From: Cyanidioschyzon merolae
Taxonomy: Eukaryota
DNA length: 64,000 nt
Assembly (NCBI GenBank): GCA_000091205.1
Contig: AP006491.2
Strand: one strand, 5' to 3'
A program made the translations under genes and the position numbers. Of this stretch, positions 22,304 to 32,041 are shown one piece after another (positions within the stretch are counted from its first letter, which is position 1; each line of letters opens with the position of its first letter). The notes under the pieces were generated by a model. The model was not told the DNA's origin, ran no database searches, and worked only from the letters and a program-made list of their open reading frames with translations.

Positions 22304-23284
22304 ATGGAATCGTGGAGACGTTCTTGCAAGTCGTGGAGGGAGCGCTTTTCCGATGATCTGGTTTATGAAATAAATATTCATACCGACGAATACTTCGGAA
22401 AATTGAAAATTTTTCTCCAACAGGCACCGTCTGGGAGTTACGTCAAGAAAAAGTTTAGAAGCTGCGAAGCCTCTGGTGGAGCAACTGTAGTGAAAAACTT
22501 GAGCTGCGGAGCACCAGTAACGTCAGGAACTCTGGCGTCGCACGGTCCACATCCCAGCGATTTCCGAATCGTCGGTTATGCTCTTAACGAAAAGCGCCTG
22601 TGTCGAGATATTACACCTCCAGAAGAACCGAATCGTTTGTGCGACAGCGCTGCCACTGGCTGGACCGCCTGGGATGCTAGCCTAGTACTAGCGAAGTGGT
22701 TGGAAAGGCGGCCTTACCTCGTGTGTAACAAGTTATGTCTTGAGCTCGGAGCTGGTATCGGCTTAGTATCCTCAGTAGCCTACTGCCTCGGGGCAAAGCT
22801 AACTGTATCCACAGACCGGGACGATGTGATATTCCTCCTGAAAAGCAACTTAAACCGTACAGTGGAGGCCTACATAGCGTATAATAATCAACTTAGGGTG
22901 AAACGAGCAGTTGACTCGAAGCTCGCGGCAGAAGTACTTCACTGGGAATCGAAGGAACATTTGGAGCGTGTACTGGCCGTGTATGGCGCTCCTGAAGTCA
23001 TTTTATGTTCAGATCTGGTTTACGAAGAGTTAGCTTCCCGCGCGCTTGTGCACGTACTTGTCCGAATATCGCGAGCAAGCTTGCAAATGGGGAGAAAACC
23101 TTTGATCATAATGGCGCAGGACGAGCACGTCCCTGAAGTTCTCGAACAATTCTTGGCCGGCATAAGTGCGTTTTTCACTGTTGACCGTGTGCCATGCTTA
23201 GATTTTAATCCGAATTTTAGCAGTGAGTTGATTAGAGTTTACCTTTTCCGGCCAAAAGCTGAACACTTTTTATATAATCAGTAA
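22304..23284 (+). CDS. Protein-lysine N-methyltransferase-like (Methyltransf_16 / FAM86-METTL21 type)
   Basis: ATGWTAWDASLVLAKWL...LCLELGAGIGLVSSVAYCLGAKLTVSTD matches SAM motif I and post-I of family 16. The last codon and stop (CAG TAA, 23279-23284) lie inside the terminus of repeat copy C. Confidence 0.75.
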   Translation: MESWRRSCKSWRERFSDDLVYEINIHTDEYFGKLKIFLQQAPSGSYVKKKFRSCEASGGATVVKNLSCGAPVTSGTLASHGPHPSDFRIVGYALNEKRLCRDITPPEEPNRLCDSAATGWTAWDASLVLAKWLERRPYLVCNKLCLELGAGIGLVSSVAYCLGAKLTVSTDRDDVIFLLKSNLNRTVEAYIAYNNQLRVKRAVDSKLAAEVLHWESKEHLERVLAVYGAPEVILCSDLVYEELASRALVHVLVRISRASLQMGRKPLIIMAQDEHVPEVLEQFLAGISAFFTVDRVPCLDFNPNFSSELIRVYLFRPKAEHFLYNQ

Positions 23285-24811
23285 CACGAGACATGCTTCC
23301 CGGCCATTGAGGGTAAATATATACCCACATGCGGACGCCTCCCAGCCTTTTTTGACCCGCCGCCTGCAATCGGTTCCAGTTGATTCACGCACACTTCGAG
23401 CCTCAGCAGTTGCCACATAGCGTTGGATCGTGTCAGCTGCTCGGGTCTCGTCTTCAGCACAACGCATCGTCTGATATTGGTAGCAGCGTTCAAGTCTCGG
23501 CTTACGAGCTCCATGCGTTTACTGCCGATCCCTGATCTCATCACACCGAGGGTTCTTAGTACTCGTGCCCTCTGTTCCGCTACAGTCTCGTCATCGTTCC
23601 ACTCGACAAACACCGTCCCTCGCCTATCTCCTTCTTCTCCTTCTTCGCCACTTGCTCTTCTTCGCTCGATGGTCGGCGAGAGGAGGCATTTTTCGTTCTG
23701 GCTGCGTCGAATCCAGCAATGACGGAACTCAGGATCCCCGACTTCCACATCCATACCATTCCCTTGGATTCTCTGTTTCTTCAAAATCATAGCGATTGTT
23801 CATTCGTTTAGGTGAGGACCTTCCCGCAAAAGCTAGGACTCGCGAAAGTAAGACACCATGCGCCCGTGTGTCAACGTGTGCCGGAAGCTTCAGCGATGAC
23901 CCCACTGGAGCGACATCATACGTTTCACAATGGAAAACATTCTTTTGATGAGGTTGAATCAAGTAGAGCACAGAGGAATGAAAAGCAGCACTATACCTCG
24001 ACAGGATCGGCAAAAGCCCGAACGCAAGGGGAATGGTGAAATGCCACGGTGTCCAGCAGAAGGACGTCGCCCGACGTCGGGGCGAAATCTTCCATGATTC
24101 GATCAAGTGGCTGCTGTTGGTCGATGAGCCTTCTCCACTAGTGAATCTGAGGCCGCAAATAAAGTCCACTCCGTCTGGAGCAGATGATGACATCCTCGCT
24201 CTCTTCGAGCTCGATCGTACATCCAGCGGGTGCACTGTCCGCGAATACCCATTTACGCTCCGGCCGCCTCGTCCGAAGCAAGTTTCATCGACTGAACAAG
24301 CAAACCGACGTCCGTGTCCCGGTCCCTGTGCTCCATACGGATAGTGGCGTTCCACGAACGCTGAAGTAGCTGTGACCTCGGTGGGAAATGGCCGTGCACG
24401 AACTGAGACTTTCTTTTTGCGACTGTACCCCGTGTATTCAGGACCACTCGAACACGCTTTTAAGGAACAGGGACGCGCGTAGCGACTACTATTTTCGCAT
24501 TTGTCTTTCGTAAAAGGTGGTCAGCGGGCCGTTTTCTACCGTTGATCGCGCGCATTCTCTGAGAATATCGATGTTTGACGCAGAGTGCATCTACTTCTTT
24601 CGGTCAGTGTTCGTCAACCATCTGAGTACTGTTGTACGACCGACCTGGAGGAGGAACGCAGTCCTCCATGCACTGTTCAGGAAAGAATATGTATCGCACA
24701 GGCGATTCGCCTACGATCTATCGGGTACATGGCATCGTGATTTCTGGCCCCCGCCCTAGACCGCAAACAGCATTCGATCATACACAGTGCGGCAGGAATA
24801 CAGTTGAGTTG
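23279..24811. mobile_element. Solo X element (X2+X1 relic pair), copy C, same orientation as arm B
   Basis: It is 1.54 kb and nearly identical to 15928-17390. It also retains the ~70-bp X2 terminus seen in arm A. The X2 motif lies at 23464-23502(-) and the X1 RNRD region at ~24416-24502(+). The high-coordinate boundary is at 24811: acagttgagt, then unique sequence. Confidence 0.9.
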
Positions 24812-25238
24812 AAAAACTCTAGTATCCGAGGTCGATTTCCTTCAAGTCAATGCGTTCCGGTTCGTCGTCTTATGCGCAAGTTGTGGAAGCTACGTGCTGT
24901 ATTCCGTGTTGCCGCATTTAGGTACGCATTCGCATCCAGAGCGCTCTTTGATGCGAACCGGTCCGCAATATGCAGCGCACATGGCAAGGACTCACACCGT
25001 CAAAGCACGCCGAGCTTCGCACATGAAACTTTTCGAAAGCTGGGAAAGATAATTTGCTCGTCGGTTACCGGACGGGCATCCAGAAGAGACGTATCGACCT
25101 TGTCGAGACATCAAAGGTTTTAGGTTTCTCGTTGCAGCGTCAAGTCGCGCGGACACAAATCCAAGTTTCTTAAGATGATCATCGAGCGGTCGAGGTGGTG
25201 CTCTGTGAGAATAAAGCACATCGCTCGCATCGGTGCTC

Positions 25239-27257
25239 TCAGTACGATGGATACGTGCCGGATGCCTGGCCTGGCAGCGCTCCCGGAACATTCCCAGTGC
25301 CTCCAGTGTTAAAGGGTGACTGCATGCCCCCGCCGGCGGCACGCTGGCCCTGCCATACAGGGTATTGCTGGCTGCCATATGGTTGTGTGGCATACGGTTG
25401 ACCAGCAAACGCCTGTCCAGTATAACCGGAACCGCCGAAAGACTGGTTTCCGTAGCCCTGGGCGTTATACATCATTCCTCCATATGGTTGCGACGCGGCT
25501 GCCTGGTGAGATGTCCCGTAAAATGAACCGAATCCACTGCCGTAGTTGCCTCCTACGGACATGCTTCCACTCGCTGGGTAGAAGTCTGGGTTGCGATTGC
25601 GTCGGACGCTACGAGTCTGCTCATTGGGGACGCCGACCCCTAGGCCTCCTGATGAAATGCCATACGCAGCGGCGTACTGCTGGGGATACGCACCGCTACC
25701 GTAATACAACTCAGTTTGGTTGTAGCCAGTGCTGTGCGTGGGTGCTGCTCCCGAGCTGCCCATTGATGCCGGTTGCGCATGGGGCATCGTACTCAGTTTC
25801 GGTTCACCAGGACCGGCAGCATATGAAAGGTTTTGGTTTGTCATATTCGGCGCTGCTTTCGGGGGGTATGCTGTGTCGGTGTAGCCACCATACGGCTGGT
25901 AATACGGATAGCCCTGGAGGCCATAATTTGGAACATGGCCCGGCACTCCGTAGGGGTAGTATCCGTAATAGTTAGGGGGTACACCGTTCACTTGTGCCGG
26001 ATAATGTTGTGGTGACTGAATGTGCTCCGCAGGCGCCGAGTAAGTTTGTCCGCTGTTATTCTCATTCGATGTGTTCGCAGCGGTTTCAGAACCCGACTGC
26101 TGGTTCTCTAACCGCGCATTCTCGCGTGGTTGGCTGCGAACTGCGTTCGGGTTTGGTGCCATCGACCATGATTCTGGCGTGCTGAGTTTTGCATTTGATT
26201 CAACCTGCAAGGACTTGCTCTGCGCAGCAGAAATTGTTGCAGGGGGCTGCAGGCCCGACGGCAGTCTTTCGGCCCCATCGTACGGAACTTGCCTCGAGGG
26301 CTCTAATGGCCGGCTCCCTTGTGCAACACCGCTTTCCGTACTGTCCAATGATTGGTTGGGCAGAGGCTGCCCGTTCACCGCCATGTTGCTAAAGCTCATG
26401 CTCAGATGGTGCTCTTCATTCGGGTAATGCTTCTCTATAGTCGGCATATTCGATACAGGCGGAGCATTAGCCCGGCTTTCAGTCGATACCATGCGTCCGT
26501 GACTCACTGTCTCCGCTCCGGTCTCCGCTGATGTCGCTACCGCAGAACTCGAGGCAGTGTACTGCGCTTTGTGAGACTCGAGCGACGAGCCAGTAGGCGC
26601 CGTGCTAGGCTCGAGACTCGAATTCGCACCAGCATCCACGGGCTGATTATTCTCAGTGGGTGCTGTTACTTCTTGCACTTTCTTCGCCTTCAAACGATCC
26701 GCCCAGGTAGGGCCCGCTGGTTTCGGTGGGGCGAGCCCCGCAGCCTTCGTCGGAGCTGGTGCGTTGTCCGCTTCCTCTTTAGCAGCGGTCTGCTTCGAGC
26801 GCTCCCCGTTCCTGGCGCTAGCGTTTGCCTTGCGTTCAGGAAACGGCTTCCCTGATTTAGCGCCACCTTTTGGTCTCGACGGACCGGGGCGTCTCGGCTT
26901 GATTTTTGAGTCTGGTTCAGCAGCAGCGCTCGAGGCTCGACTATTCTGCTGACGCACCTGCGCGCCCTCCGTGTTGGGCACTCCCCGCCCCTGGTGCACC
27001 TTCCTGGGTGCACCACCGGTAAGGGGCACCGATCGATTGTTATTGTTGTTTTTTGTCTGGCTCCCGGGACGTCTCTTCTTGTCGCCAACCTCGTGCCATA
27101 CGTCGACCTTGCCCGTGAGAAACTTTTCAACAGCCACTTCCTCGTCCATATGTACCTGCTGGAGAATCCTGTACGCGTCTTCCTTCCCAACGTTACAAAC
27201 TTCCGCGACGTTCGCGACTTTCTTAGCTGCCGAAGCAGGGATACGAGTGGAACTCAT
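25239..27257 (-). CDS. GBF-interacting-protein-1-like (DUF1296/UBA-like N-terminus) low-complexity protein
   Basis: The N-terminus IPASAAKKVANVAEVCNVGKEDAYRILQQVHMDEEVAVEKFLTGKVDVWHEV resembles the GIP1 N-terminal domain. The remaining ~550 aa is rich in Q, P, S, G and Y (YYGYYPYGVPGHVPNYGLQGYPYYQPYGGY). The start was taken at MSSTRIP (27257); the ORF-track Met is at 27296. Confidence 0.6.
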   Translation of the reverse strand: MSSTRIPASAAKKVANVAEVCNVGKEDAYRILQQVHMDEEVAVEKFLTGKVDVWHEVGDKKRRPGSQTKNNNNNRSVPLTGGAPRKVHQGRGVPNTEGAQVRQQNSRASSAAAEPDSKIKPRRPGPSRPKGGAKSGKPFPERKANASARNGERSKQTAAKEEADNAPAPTKAAGLAPPKPAGPTWADRLKAKKVQEVTAPTENNQPVDAGANSSLEPSTAPTGSSLESHKAQYTASSSAVATSAETGAETVSHGRMVSTESRANAPPVSNMPTIEKHYPNEEHHLSMSFSNMAVNGQPLPNQSLDSTESGVAQGSRPLEPSRQVPYDGAERLPSGLQPPATISAAQSKSLQVESNAKLSTPESWSMAPNPNAVRSQPRENARLENQQSGSETAANTSNENNSGQTYSAPAEHIQSPQHYPAQVNGVPPNYYGYYPYGVPGHVPNYGLQGYPYYQPYGGYTDTAYPPKAAPNMTNQNLSYAAGPGEPKLSTMPHAQPASMGSSGAAPTHSTGYNQTELYYGSGAYPQQYAAAYGISSGGLGVGVPNEQTRSVRRNRNPDFYPASGSMSVGGNYGSGFGSFYGTSHQAAASQPYGGMMYNAQGYGNQSFGGSGYTGQAFAGQPYATQPYGSQQYPVWQGQRAAGGGMQSPFNTGGTGNVPGALPGQASGTYPSY

Positions 27258-28991
27258 TGCTTCGTTCTCGCTAGAAGATAGCTGGCTCCAACGCAATCCC
27301 AGCGACAGTTGCTGCAGCGCGCGTGATGGGAGCCGCCGCGCATGCGGCCGGCCGCGTTCCCGGCGGCGGGCGATTGCTGGCGGCGCTCATGCCAAGGTGT
27401 CCAGCACCTGCGGAGCAGTACGGATGCCAGTGCTGGTGCTAGTGTTAGAGGCGTCCTTATTGGGTGGAGCTCGAAGGTCTGTAGAGTCCACATCGACGAT
27501 GAGGATATCGGGTAGGGTGCACAGCGGTCAGGCATAGTTCACAGAAGCGTCAAGCAAAATTCCACGAAGCCGAAGAGAGCTTGCGCACACATGAGCGGAG
27601 ATCGCGGAGGTCATTCTGTGGGTACCGCCCACCTTATATGCATCATCTCTTGATGAGCTTGCCTTGGCGTTCGAGGAATGCACCTGTGCAGCTTATCCAG
27701 GTCTGAAACGCTGCTGCGCTGCGCCTCACCTGCTCTGGCAGCTGCGACGTGACGGAGTTGCGGTTGCAGCTACGTCAAAGACAAAAACCTTTCAGTGATG
27801 GTCTCGGAAGGATTTTGTTGAAGAACAGGTTGCATTATTCAACGGACATGGAGAGTGTGATTCAGCTTAGATTAGGCGGGAACAGCAAGGAATGGGGCGT
27901 GGCCCTTGGGTGAGGCTTTGGGAATGTCGGAGACGGTCATGAAGGTTGCGCACGGCCTGGTGGGCACCAGTACGGACAGCACCATACGGCAGCGCTTGAA
28001 GGCATTCTCAGGCAGCTGTCCGTCGAGGGCGCGGATCAGCCAATTGCTCAATTCTAGCGATGATTTTTTTCATTTCGCTCTCCGAGTGACAGGCTCGCGC
28101 TCCCTGTAAACTTCATCCCATGCCTGGAATGGCGAGCATGTATCGACTCAAACCAGATTTCTACGAATGTATATTTTCAAAGCGTGCAGAAGCTTTTTGA
28201 CCGCTGCTCGCAATGCTTTCCGAGACAGGTATTCCAAAACTAACCGGAAAGCACCGAGATAGGAACGAGGCCGTCAAAAGGTTTTCCATCTCGCGGAAAG
28301 CAAGGTTCATTTTTTCTTAAACTTTTCATCTAAATATTTAACACGACTGCCGATAAAACTACTGAGAAAGCACGGCCTGAGCATTTCATCTGTGCTACCG
28401 CTGGTGTTGAACGCACCCACAGCTCGCCTGCTTCTATGCAGCTTCGCGGCCTTACAAGCCTTACGAACCGGAGCGCGCTCACTCGTAGGTGCCATTACTT
28501 CTCGTGTCAGCGCATAGAGCGTGTACGTTCAAGGCACGCTTTCCCGAAGAATATGCACGCACAGCCGTCTCCCCTGGTAAACCAAGCGTATCGTGCACCG
28601 TTGCAATGATTAGGATTCGTCCTGCATAACGTACAAAGCTCGTCGAGAACTTGCAGCAAACGTCTCACTGCCCTTCGTTCGTCTGTAATATGAAAGCAGA
28701 AACTCCAAAGAGGCACCGTATCCAGCGCATAGCAAAGCTGCGCAACAGACACTGCACGAAGCGCGTGCGGATCCATCGCTCAGATCGCGCGCGATGCAAC
28801 CCGGCGAGCCGTGCGACGTTGCGTGACAACGGGACGCCCTGCAGCGCACAGCCGCCGGATCCGCTCGATCCAGAAAAGCTGCACGCCTCCGCTGGAGGAT
28901 CGCAACTGATGCCGGTGCGCGTGTAATGCAGCCGGACAGACGGCACTTCGGAGCGCTGTTCCTGGGTACTCTTGCGTAGCCTTTACTCACG

Positions 28992-30419
28992 ATGAGCCTG
29001 CCTGCCCGGGTGCCGTCTAATTCTGCAGATGATGAGCTCCACCCTTACACAAGGATTTTGTCCCCACGAGAAAACCTGCTCGGAGGTGAGCCTGTCGGTA
29101 AGTTTGGCGTCCCGCACTTGCGACAGTTCTTTGAACATATAGGGCGCTTCCCTTCGCCCCTTTTGACGGCGACGGAGACGCACTCTCTTGGAAGGTCATT
29201 CATACCCGACGATGAGACTGTGCTCGTGGACATTGTGACCAGATGGGGTGAACCGTCTCCATCACGCGAATATATGCGTTCTGGTCCACGGGAGTTTCTT
29301 GCATTTCATCCGCAAACGGTTCGCGCAGCTATTGTTACTTGTGGTGGCCTTTGCCCCGGTATTAATACGGTAGTGAAAGAAATTTACCAATCGCTACGCA
29401 ACATCTATGGCGTGAAGGAGGTTCACGGTGTACAAATGGGCTACCGTGGCTTTTACACTGCCGAGCTCGATACCATTCTCTTGAACGACGTGTACCTGAA
29501 GGGAATACAACATCGTGGTGGCAGCGTTCTGGGCACCACAAGAGGCGGCTTCGACTTAGGGCTGATTGTCGACTCGATTGCTTCCAGGGGTTTCAATCAG
29601 GTGTATATTATCGGCGGGGATGGCACGCATCGAGGCGCATACAAGATCTTTGAAGAATGCATCCGGCGGAGACTCATGGTTTCCGTCGTTGGCATCCCGA
29701 AGACAATTGATAATGATATTGCAATCATCGACCACAGCTTCGGATTTGTTACTGCTGTCCAGGAAGCGCAGCGCGCTATTCGGGCTGCTTACGTAGAGGC
29801 CACCTCCGGATACAATGGAATTGGACTCGTGCGTCTTATGGGACGAAACTCGGGCTATATCTCTATGATGGCTACGCTGGCGGCCGGTGACGTTGACGTC
29901 TGCCTCATACCTGAGATCGACTTCGACCTGGATGGGCCTCACGGCTTGCTTGTGCATATCGAAAATCTGCTTCGGCACAAGAAATACTGCGTCATTGTGA
30001 TTGCGGAAGGAGCGGGACTGCAGTATACTCAGAATGCTCAAGAAGAGAAGAAGGAAGTTGACGCGAGCGGGAATATTAAGATGCAAAATGTGGGGCTGTG
30101 GTTGGCCGAGAGGATCAACAGTTGGTTCAGCCTCCGAGGAATTGAGGTCAACCTGAAATTCTTGGATCCGACCTACGAGATCAGATCAGTTCCCGCCGTG
30201 GCGACTGACAACATTATGTGCACGTTGCTGGCGCAGAGCGCAGTACACGGAGCTATGGCTGGATTTACTGGCTTTACATGCGGGACGGTGAATACACACC
30301 ACGTCATGATACCGATGAAAGAAATTATCAGCAGAGGGCGAAATCGTGTGGATCTCAGCTCCCGTATGTGGCATCGAGTGCTCGCGGCGACCATGCAGCC
30401 ACCACTGAAGAACAAGTGA
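28992..30419 (+). CDS. PFK: 6-phosphofructokinase, plant/trypanosomatid-type PfkA clade (GGDG, so predicted ATP-dependent)
   Basis: Four PfkA motifs are present: AIVTCGGLCPGINTV, IIGGDGTHRGA, GIPKTIDNDI and MGRNSGYISM. Confidence 0.9.
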   Translation: MSLPARVPSNSADDELHPYTRILSPRENLLGGEPVGKFGVPHLRQFFEHIGRFPSPLLTATETHSLGRSFIPDDETVLVDIVTRWGEPSPSREYMRSGPREFLAFHPQTVRAAIVTCGGLCPGINTVVKEIYQSLRNIYGVKEVHGVQMGYRGFYTAELDTILLNDVYLKGIQHRGGSVLGTTRGGFDLGLIVDSIASRGFNQVYIIGGDGTHRGAYKIFEECIRRRLMVSVVGIPKTIDNDIAIIDHSFGFVTAVQEAQRAIRAAYVEATSGYNGIGLVRLMGRNSGYISMMATLAAGDVDVCLIPEIDFDLDGPHGLLVHIENLLRHKKYCVIVIAEGAGLQYTQNAQEEKKEVDASGNIKMQNVGLWLAERINSWFSLRGIEVNLKFLDPTYEIRSVPAVATDNIMCTLLAQSAVHGAMAGFTGFTCGTVNTHHVMIPMKEIISRGRNRVDLSSRMWHRVLAATMQPPLKNK

Positions 30420-32041
30420 TGTCACTGGAGAGCTCCGTGTCTATGCGCTCAATCATGTATGTCGAAGGAAACGGGTTCTGGTTGGTGGCCCTTTCACAAT
30501 AACTGAGATTGCCGAGACTTTGCACGCCCAGAGCGGAACTCAGGTTCCAGCGTATAGTTTTCGAGACCAGGAACTATGGAATATGCTGCCAGCCTGCTCA
30601 AGTAGTCCGACGAGGAGATGTCGATGCCAGAATTGAGAGCCTTTCACGGTAAATGTATGGCGAAGTCTCATTTACGAGTGCAGCTCTAAAGCCGTGGTGG
30701 AGCGATTCAGCGGGCTAAGCCAGAGGCTTCCATACGAAGATGGGTCGCTCCACAAGGAATCGGTCGACGACTGATCCTCGGAACGCACACAACATTGGAG
30801 AATCCCGAAGAGCACCATCACTCAGGAGGCCCAGGAGTGAATTGTGCGATGCGCTCAGCCAGCCGACATCGTTCTGGTGACCAGGCAAACGCACATCCCG
30901 CATCTGTCTGCCCTGAAAACTCAATCCCCAAGACCACTGCCGACGACATATGGTGAGTTGCTATGCACTCATGGCCCTTTCTGACAGCATGCCACGGACT
31001 TGGCAAACATCATGCGAAGGGTAACCTTTGCAGGATTTGCCGCTTGCCACCGAATACGGCAAACATGTCGAAACCAAGTGCTAAGGATATCTGTGGTAAA
31101 ATGCAGTGCTGTTCTGTGCTCTGGCACAGACTATTATAGGTGAAATCTGAACCGAAGTTTCTGCGACCTTTCTTCGAATAGAATGACCCAGCACCGCTGG
31201 TTCACTCAAGCCCAAAAGCGCAGAGCTTTTTGTGACCTGCAAGGAGATTTGGTGCGTTTCTGGGAGGCAAACCATGTACACATATTTGCCCAAAACATGT
31301 ATATGCATTTACACAACTTTACGTCCATAGACACATGTACACGGACACACGAGAATATCCGCATCTGCACGAAAGTTCACGCACACGTGCGCGACTAGAG
31401 GCATATACATACATAAATGCGGACGCAGCGATATACGCAAACACGCACTGCCTGAGGGACTATAGAAAACTTGGTTCTCTAGCCATAAACAACCGCATGC
31501 AACACCAATACTCGAAAGTAGTTCTTCAGCAGCGCAATGAACATGTCCAGGACGTATGAAAAAGTGCATGGCGATCTCTCCCGCGTCTATCGAGTACAGC
31601 AGATGAGTTGAAAGGCTTCCTTGTTTTCCACAGCGCCTCCGAAGCACAGACCAATGGCAGCGAAAACTGTTTCCAGGCGTCGCATGAGAGAGTCTCAAGA
31701 CAAGTACCGTCGGGAAGGGCCAACGCATCAGTTGACTTATACAACCGCGAGCACTATCCACTTGAATGCGAGATGTTCAGTTCGTCTTTGAGACATAACA
31801 TCCTGAACATTAAGTTTAAAATCGATAGCAAACAGGACCCAATGAAGCCTCTCCACATATGCTCGCGACCAGTTAGCCACGAAGCCCATGTCACAGACGT
31901 GAAATCTTTCAGAGCTGGTATGCAAAAGAATGACAAAACCTGGTTTGACGGAGCCATCGGACCAGCAGGAATGTCTTCGATTGGACAGATGTGATGTGCG
32001 TGTCGGGCATACTGTGTGGCACACATTCATATAGCAGCTCC

